Assembly (NCBI RefSeq): GCF_009914755.1
Contig: NC_060931.1
Strand: one strand, 5' to 3'
DNA from: the human T2T-CHM13v2.0 reference genome, Homo sapiens
DNA length: 64,000 bases
Positions within the stretch are counted from its first letter, which is position 1. The number at the start of each line of letters is the position of its first letter. Under the pieces are notes generated by a model. That model saw nothing but the letters and a program-made list of their open reading frames with translations. It had not been told where the DNA came from and made no database searches. Below are positions 55,922-64,000 of the stretch, piece by piece. Made by a program: the position numbers and the translations under genes.

Positions 55922-56956
55922 AAGAAAAGGAGAAGGCAGGTGTACCCAAGATAAACTAAATGTGCATTGCAATTGAGCTCAGGGCCAATCCTGTAAGGAA
56001 CAAATCCATTATGAGAATCAAACACAAAGGCAAATTCAGTAAAAACTACCTGTGTGTTTTTGGAACTATGATTTAAAAGAGCTTGGGAATTGATGTGTTG
56101 GATGGTTATTCAGATATAAGCAACAAAAGAACATTATATGTGCTTTAGCTATGCAGCCACTTCTGATTTATTTCAAAAAAGCTTGCTGGGGAATATTGTG
56201 ATGTTCTCTGACTGGCTTTGCAGTTATACCAGTCAGCAGGCCAAGAATAAAGACCACTTAAGTATTATTTGGAAATGAAATCACTACTAAAAAGGATATA
56301 GTTGTATGTTAAAGAGACACCAAACCATTATGAGTCAACTAACTTAGCTCTAGGGTCAAGAATAAATGAATACAAATGTGAGACAATATTCTGATAGATA
56401 CAGTACTTTCACAGAGTCTTGTGTCTGAGAGTATGGAAAGGCCAATGAGGAGACAGTGAGCTATCAAACATCTGTCATAAATATATATCTAAGTAACTTT
56501 TAAGTTGCCTGATACTTGAATACATCAAGGGAAAGATAGCATTTTAGGGTCAATTAAACAAAAGTATATGTACTGTAATAGTTTGACACAAAGAAGAATG
56601 GATAGAGAAAGAAAAACAGTCAAAGTGGTAAGCTTTATCAAAATAGAGTTTTTGACCTTGTAGGGATAAAGAAAGAGAGTTTAGAAATATGAATTGGCTT
56701 ACCCATGCAAGTTAAAAAAAATAAATAAATTAGGCAGAGAGAGTGGAAGAGGAAAAATGAATACAGACATCTGTAACTTTTGTACATGAAAAGCAGCATG
56801 TACAATGAAAAAAATAGAAGGAAATAAAAGCAGAATTGATTCCCCAAATTTTCTTTACAAGAAGAGCAATAAAATTTTAAGGATATTTTACTAAACATAC
56901 TCTAAACTTAATTTCCAATTCTTGAAGTCATATGTTTAAAGTTTAAGGAATCTTCC

Positions 56957-57590
56957 TATATTAGTAATGCTTCTCCAGAGAGAAACAACCAATAGCAGAT
57001 AATAGATACATGAATGGATACACATACATACAGACAGACAGACAGATAGACAGACAGAAAGACAGAAGATAGATAGAGAGATTAATAGATAGATAGAGAT
57101 TTATTAAGGAAGTTGGCTCACATGATATATGGAGGCTGAGAAGTCCCATGACAGGCTGGAGAACCAGGAAAGGTGTTAGCATGGCTCAGTCCAAGTCTAA
57201 ATGCCTCAGAACAAGGGAAACTGATGGTTTAGCCTTCAGTCTCAGACTGAAGGCTTGAGAAACTGGGGAGCCACCAGTAAACCCAGAGTCCAAAGGCCAA
57301 AGAATCTGGATTCTGATGTCCAAGGGCAAATGAAGAAGGATGTCCCAGCTAGAGGACAGAGAGAAATAGAAAGAGGGAGAGAGAAATTTGTCATTTCTTT
57401 GCCTTTTTGTTCTATCCAGGCCCTCGCTGATTAGGTGTGTCCTTCCACATCAGATGAAGATAGATCTTCCTTATTCAGTCCACTGATTCAAACCCCAGTC
57501 TCTTCTGAATACACCCTCACAGACATACCCAGCTATCTATCTGTGTATCCCTTAAGCCAGGCAACTTGACACCGATAATTAACTACCACA
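56957..57590 (-). mobile_element. MLT2 (MLT2B/C-like) ERVL 3' LTR with internal (TAGA)/(CAGA) repeat
   Basis: ttctccagagagaaacaaccaatag..gagatttattaaggaagttggctcac..aattaactaccaca. Confidence 0.88.
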
Positions 57591-58990
57591 AATCTTCTCC
57601 TTGTCAACTTGGCTCCCATATGCATCTCCTTAAATCATACTTAATCACCAAATAAAAACAATAACAAGGTCATAGTCCTGCCTAGCATAACACCACTATT
57701 TTGCATACAACCCCAAATACTCTAAATCCCTTCCCCAGAACACTAGGTGAAGTCCATGAGTCATGTTTACTCTTAACCTGATATCCTGTAACAAATATGA
57801 AGACATAAAATCAACAGCAATTAAATAGTGACATAAACTCAATATATCTTATATTACATGATTAAAAAATAAGACAGGAAAGGAAACAAAGATATATGCT
57901 TAATACACGTATATACACACTGAAATATATTCTTAACAAAAGAAGAAGAAAATGCTAATGACAAAAACAGTCATTATTTCTGTAACTGGTCACATGGTCT
58001 TAGCTAGAATTTATCTTCCTCTGTCCATTTTGTATTCCCTTTGCCTTCAGAAAGCACCTCAGCTGGTCATGATTCTTTACCTGGAAAAGTGACCCAAACC
58101 TTCATTCCTACAAAACTCTGGACTATTCACAGTCCTTTCTGGATTGAGTTGAGTTGTAGTTTCCCACTGACCTTAATCACAGGGCAGGGTAATGCTAACA
58201 GATGACCTAAGGGATCACCTGTATTCCAGACATACTATTTTCTTTCTTTCGTTGTGAGGTAGTAATTCAGTTTCCCCTTGGTAGCCCAGATCATCCCAAC
58301 CAACATGGTAACTCCTTTCCTGACCTTTTGATTCAAAGGCATGAGGAGGCCAAGGTTGCCAGGTGGAAGTCTCAAATTCCATTTAATGGGATCATTGTCG
58401 TGTTTCCTGGTAGGATCATTCCTCCCTCTGGGACTAAAATATCTAGGCTAGAAGAGCACAAAGTCACAAAACAAAAAGCAAAATGTTTGCTAGAGGGTTA
58501 CTATGGGTAACGGTGAGTGATACTACTCTTTGTTTCTGGACTTGTGAATCCTGGCAATAGGAGAAATAGTACCATCTATTGGACGCTGATTCAGAGCATA
58601 TACAGCCTTCTGGAGAACGCTGTCCCAGCCCTGCATGGTATTGTCACCTAGCTGGTATCGTATTTGCACCTTCAAAAAGCCATTTTACCATTCTATGGAG
58701 CCCGCTACTTCAGAATAGTGAGGAAACATGGAAATACCAGTACATTTTATGAGCATGATTCATTGTTTTACTTCTTTGACTATGAAGTGAGTTTCTTAAT
58801 CAAAAGCAATGCTGTGTGGAATACCATGATGGTGGATAAATCATCTGTAACTTCACAGATGGTGGTGTAGACAGAAGCATTTTATGCAGAGAAGGGAAAT
58901 CCATATCCAGATAAAGTGTCTATTCCCATAAGAATAAAATGTGACTCCTTCCAGGATGAAAGTTGTCCAGTGTAATCTGCCTGCCCCCAG
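57591..58990 (-). mobile_element. HERVL/ERVL internal sequence (integrase to dUTPase region, PPT)
   Basis: Minus frame QADYTGQLSSWKESHFILMGIDTLSGYGF matches the ERVL integrase core; PPT abuts the LTR. Confidence 0.88.
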
Positions 58991-58999
58991 GAAGTTCCT

Positions 59000-59589
59000 G
59001 CATTACTCAGCATTCTGCCTCTGAGACCACAGAGCCACCAGCATGCAACATCAGGCTGAGAGAGCCCCAAGCATAAAACTCCCATCAGAGAGAGCTTCTG
59101 TATGGGCTGTGTCCACCAAAACCATTGGAGTGGAGCCACCTGAGGTCTTGGAAAGCAGGACATAGAGTCAAAGATTGTTCTCAAGTCCCAAGATTTAAAG
59201 TTTGCTTTCTTGGGTTTTGGAATTACTTGGGACCTGTTAGCCACTTTCTTCTTTCCTATTGCTCTCTTTCAGAATAGGAATGTCTATCTTGTGCCTATTA
59301 CAGCATTTTATTTTGGAAGCACATAAGTGGTTTGATTTCATAGCCTCACAGCTGGAGGGAATTGGTCTCAGGATGTCACACCTTTGAGTCTCACTCATAT
59401 CTGATTTAGATGATATTTAAATGAGATATTGGGCTTTTTAGACGTTTGAGTTAATGCTGGAATGAGCTAATACTGTTCAGGCTATTAAGATGAAATAAAT
59501 TTATTTGGCATGTGAAAAGGACATAAATTTTCAGGGGTCAGGGACTGCATTCTATGGTTTCTATGTTTGTGTCCCCTCTGAAATTCATG
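59000..59589 (+). mobile_element. MaLR (MLT1A/MSTC-like) internal 3' part plus first ~39 bp of the 3' LTR
   Basis: gagttaatgctggaatgag..gcatgtgaaaaggacataaattttcaggggtcaggg, then ttctatggtttctatgtttgtgtcccctctgaaattcat. Confidence 0.8.
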
Positions 59590-59962
59590 GCCTAGAAGTG
59601 AAGTCCTATTTTGACTTTTAAAAAATTACTTCCTCAAAAGAGTAGATCAATTAGACTGTCTTTTGTCTGCTTTCCTACTTATCATTATTTAAACATTCTA
59701 AATTATTCTTATCTGAGTGGAAGTTTCACAACGGGGACTTTGACCAAGTAAATTTGGAAACCCCTGGGTTAAGCCAGATTTAAAAATTTCCTTAATAATC
59801 AATGACACCCCAAAGTGAAGTTACAGAATGCATTATATTCACACCTATTGGGCAAGGCAACATTATGTATATAATGGGACATCTCACAGTATTAGTATTT
59901 AGTAGACATAATGTGGGTGACACTTGTCACTGTACCCCATTGCATTAAAGTCAAAGATGAGG

Positions 59963-60263
59963 TGTGCTGCTATTTAAGAGCCACAGATTGAGTAATTAAT
60001 AAATAATACGAAATTATTTGTCTCAGTTCTAGAGACTAGGTGCAAGATTGAGAGATCATGGCAGGCTTAGTGCCTGATGAGAGGATTCTTGCTTTGTCCT
60101 CTCACGTGGAGGAAGAAGAGAAGGGCAGAAAAGGCCTAGCTAGTTCCCTCAAGCCCTTTTATAAAGTCAATAATCCCCTTAATGCAGGCTCTATCCTCAC
60201 TATTTAACATCTCCTAAAGGTCCCACCTCTTAATACTATACATTGGAGTTTAAGTTCCAACAT
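59963..60263 (-). mobile_element. MLT1A/MSTC-like LTR lacking its first ~39 bp
   Basis: Antisense atgttggaacttaaactccaatgtatagtattaagaggtgggacctttagg..atagcagcaca. Confidence 0.85.
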
Positions 60264-60435
60264 CAGTTTTCCTAAATAAACATATAGAAAACTAGAAAAT
60301 TTTTCATCCTGGCTTTCTGCCCAGAGACAATTTCTGAACTCTTTCGTAAAAACTAGAGTCCGAACACAACATAGCACTTTTATGTATTTCAGGAGACATA
60401 TGCTACAATTTGGACAGGAGAAATTGGCTATAATT

Positions 60436-62406
60436 TTTAGAGCACTTTTATCTGCATTAAAAACCTGTTCAGGCAGATACTCTTTCTCCTCAACAGTTTT
60501 GTTAATGGCATCTGGGAACTTGTCTGTCGCCTCTTGGTTGGCAGAAGCTGCCTCTCCTGTTATCTTGATATTTTTTAAACCAAACTTTTTTCTAAAATCA
60601 TCAAACCATCCTTTGCTGGTGTTAAATTTTTCAGCTTTAGATCTTTACCTTCCTTTTGTTTTGTCATGTAATGACTTTGTTGTTTCTTGAATCATATTTG
60701 AGTCTATAGGTATGCCTTTCTTACAGCAATCCTGCACTCATATAAAAGCTGCATTTTCTTTTTTTTTTTTATATTATACTTTAAGTTTTAGGGTACATGT
60801 GCACATTGTGCAGGTTAGTTACATATGTATACATGTGCCATGCTGGTGCGCTGCACCCACTAACTCGTCATCTAACATTAGGTATATCTCCCAATGCTAT
60901 CCCTCCCCCCTCCCCCCACCCCACCACAGTCCCCAGAGTGTGATATTCCCCTTCCTGTGTCCATGTGATCTCATTGTTCAATTCCCACCTATGAGTGAGA
61001 ATATGCGGTGTTTGGTTTTTTGTTCTTGCGATAGTTTACTGAGAATGATGGTTTCCAATTTCATCCATGTCCCTACAAAGGACATGAACTCATCATTTTT
61101 TTATGGCTGCATAGTATTCCATGGTGTATATGTGCCACATTTTCTTAATCCAGTCTATCATTGTTGGACATTTGGGTTGGTTCCAAGTCTTTGCTATCGT
61201 GAATAGTGCCGCAATAAACATACATGTGCATGTGTCTTTATAGCAGCATGATTTATAGTCATTTGGGTATATACCCAGCAATGGGATGGCTGGGTCAAAT
61301 GGTATTTCTAGTTCTAGATCCCTGAGGAATCGCCACACTGGCTTCCACAATGGTTGAACTAGTTTACAGTCCCACCAACAGTGTAAAAGTGTTCCTATTT
61401 CTCCACATCCTCTCCAGCACCTGTTGTTTCCTGACATTTTAATGATTGATTGCCATTCTAACTGGTGTGAGATGATATCTCATAGTGGTTTTGATTTGCA
61501 TTTCTCTGATGGCCAGTGATGATGAGCATTTTTTCATGTATTTTTTGGCTGCATAAATGTCTTCTTTCAATATGATTAAAAAGTGTTTATCAAAAAGTGC
61601 AAGGTTCTCATGCCTGCTGGTGTAGCTGCATTAATTTTCTTTTCTTTTTTTTTAACAATTGTCCTTCTTTTATAACAACTGTTGTCTTGAAATAGCAGGC
61701 AACCACAGCTGCAGACCTCGATCTACAGTACATATCAAGAAGTTCATTTTTTATTGTATTACAACTTTCATCTGCTTCTTGGAAGTACTTTCAGAATCTC
61801 TACTGGCACTTAGTATGTATCTCTTGGTGTTATTCAAAGTTTATGGTCTTGCACTAAATATGATAAAAATATATGAGAACCATGAGAGATTACTTTTTAT
61901 TGCTATATTTCATTTACTACAGACATGAATTGCTCACATGGAGATAATTAGTAACATATGGTTTTAGCAGATACTTATAATACTTGAGCTCACTACAGTA
62001 GCACTAGGAAGTGGCAACCAAGTTATAACAGTAGTACAGTATGTACTACTGTTAATGCAGTTATGATTTAATATTACACCTTTACATTTGCTTATACTAC
62101 AAATGATGCCATATTTGGTCTGTAATTGTATGTGTGTAAGTTTTGATAAATTTTAACTTTTTATAATAAGTTTGTATACATTTTATAATAGTAAATGACA
62201 AAAAAATCTACATATAGTTTATTCATTCATGACATATCTTTTTCATACCTACCTTTTTCTTAATTTTATTGATATTTCTAGGCTATATGGTTTATCTACA
62301 AATTTTTTCAAATTGTTACAAATCTCAAAAAAAAATTCCAATATACTTATTCAAACAAATAAGCGGACCCGTGCAGTTCAAACTTTTGTTGTTAAAGGGC
62401 CAATTG
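60436..62406 (-). mobile_element. Tigger2 (TcMar) 5' half with transposase remnant, split by an L1
   Basis: TIR gcggacccgtgcagttcaaac..gttgttaaagggccaattg followed by TA; transposase-region sequence is continuous across the L1. Confidence 0.85.
60759..61567 (-). mobile_element. 5'-truncated young L1 (L1PA2-like), ~810 bp
   Basis: gagatcacatgg..ggggaatatcacactctggggactgtggtgg..gcagcgcaccagc; has GAG rather than the Ta ACA, and acttaaagt rather than acttagagt. Confidence 0.93.
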
Positions 62407-62459
62407 TATATCTACATCTCCTTTCATTTCTCTTTCTCTGGAAAACCCTGACTAATACA
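62407..62459 (+). mobile_element. MLT2 LTR 3' stub
   Basis: tctctggaaaaccctgactaataca. Confidence 0.6.
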
Positions 62460-64000
62460 AATACTTAAATAGAAATGTTGATGAATTGCTGGAAAGTAAG
62501 GGTGCACTAGAGCAAGTGTGAGAAACTCCTGGGGGCTGAAGTTCTCAGAAGAATTTATATACAGTAACTTCATCAGGTTCTCACATTGAAGAGCCAAGAA
62601 AGATCCCTTCATGACTCTGGCAGTAGAGAGGAAGGGTAATCATTGTGAAATATGCACACAGACTTCTCCATCAGAAAATGCCTACTCTTCAGTAGGAAAG
62701 GCTACACCAGAGCCTTGTCCCAAAGCCATGAGGGAAGTTTATTTTCTGACTCCGACCACCTCTACCCTTCTTGTTTCACCTACAGAGTAGAGAAAGCTGT
62801 ACAAGAAGAAATAGTAGTACAGATCACAAGCCAGAAACACAGATCCATTAAAAGACTGAGATTTTATCATAAGATTATACACTCTCCCCCTCACTTCATA
62901 TTTGCTACTAAAAAGTGAGTAGTGGGGGATCAGTCCTTGATGGTTTCACAAGCAAATTTTACCAAAACATTTAAGAGAGAAATGATATCAGTTCTCCACA
63001 ATCTCTTTCAGAAAACAGAAGCAAAGATGACCCTTCCTATCTCATTCTGTGAAGCCAGCAATACCCTAATATCCAAACCAAATAAAAACATTACATAAAG
63101 AAAAACTCTGTAGACAATTCTGTCTCTTGAAAATAGATGTAAAAATTATTAACAAATTTTAGCAAATTGATTCCAACATTGTGTAAAAACATACATATAC
63201 ACATAATCAAGTAGAATTTATTCTATGTCTTCAGGGCTTCTTCAATATTTGAAAATAGATCAATGCACTCACCACATCAATACCAAACAAAAGAAACATC
63301 ATACGATCATGTGTTTTGATGCAGAAAAAGCATTTGATAAAGTTTAACACTCGTTTAAGATAATTCTTAATCTCAAGGAACATAGAGGAAACATGTTCAA
63401 ATGGATAAAGAATGACAACAAAAACTTACAGCTAATTGTGAAAAACTGGATGATTTTCCCCTAAAATCAGAATAAGGCAAAGATGTCCCCTCTCACCACT
63501 CCTATTCAACATTGTACTAAAAGTTCTAGCCAATACAATAAGAAACAAAGGAATTTAAAAAAAGGGAAGAAAAAAAAATAAGCCATGAAAAGACATAGAT
63601 GAAAAGGCTATATATAATTCTAATTAATAAACTTCTGTTAAATTGAAAGTCTACAGAGATGTAAAAAATCAGTGGTTGCTAGAGCTCAAGGGAAGGAAAG
63701 GAGGTTTTAGTAGGTGGAACATAGAGGATTATTTTAGGACAATGAAATTTTTCTGTATGATACTGTAATAGTATATACCTGATACCACCCATTTGTCAAA
63801 ATCCATAGAGCATCACAGAACAAAGATTAAATCTTAATGAATGCAATTTTTTCCTGAGAATTATTAAAGAGGTCCAGAGATCTCAGACAGAATGCAGAAT
63901 TTGACAAAAGAATCTAAATATATTACAACTATATGAAACCTCCTCAAAAAAAGTTTAGGGTATTAGGGTGCAGATTTAAGTTACCTTGGAAATAAGTATA
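62460..64000 (+). mobile_element. Old L1 (L1MC3-like): 5' region, mid-ORF2 and 3'UTR pieces joined by large deletions
   Basis: gatgcagaaaaagcatttgataaa; gatgtcccctctcaccactcctattcaac; 3'UTR gtcaaaatccatagag..gaatgcagaat. Confidence 0.8.

Noticed and set aside
55233-55949. 238-aa ORF, the longest in the track
   Set aside because: Chimera of antisense L1 3'UTR and the ORF2 C-terminus created by the inversion; not a gene
60759-61567. Possible active-class L1HS-Ta
   Set aside because: Lacks the ACA and G diagnostics and is only ~810 bp long
56957-62459. Two MLT2 pieces as the LTR pair of one provirus
   Set aside because: Opposite orientations, and the stub is followed by L1 rather than ERVL internal sequence

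Overview
This window is AT-rich human genomic DNA. The species call rests on an AluYb8, a human-specific subfamily, at 54888-55202. Roughly two thirds is interspersed repeat: many LINE-1 copies of different ages (L1M, L1MA, L1PB, up to L1PA2-like), about 11 Alus, MaLR/ERVL/ERV1 LTR elements (MSTB, THE1 provirus and solo LTR, MLT1A/MSTC, MLT2 with HERVL internal sequence, MER57, LTR16/33, LTR40), DNA transposon fossils (Tigger2, MER5A, MER58, MER63), MIR/L2 and microsatellites. I see no protein-coding gene, RNA gene or CpG island. The ORF track is repeat-derived or chance open frames. I found no evidence of a new multi-gene biological system. The best-supported observations are structural. (1) A ~675-bp inversion splits one MaLR LTR into opposite-strand halves (59589-60263). 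(2) In two places a younger retroposon appears to have re-used the target-site duplication (TSD) of an older L1 (43173-44150 and 54877-55939). (3) The AluYb8 carries three copies of its diagnostic 7-mer. (4) Also present are a heavily rearranged L1, a three-armed Alu, and young L1s with no or very short TSDs. The repeat-free blocks (~6.3-13.8, 27.4-33.4, 39-41 kb) hold weak candidates for lncRNA exons or enhancers. Subfamily names come from recalled consensus motifs and need RepeatMasker/Dfam confirmation. Boundaries of old elements are approximate.
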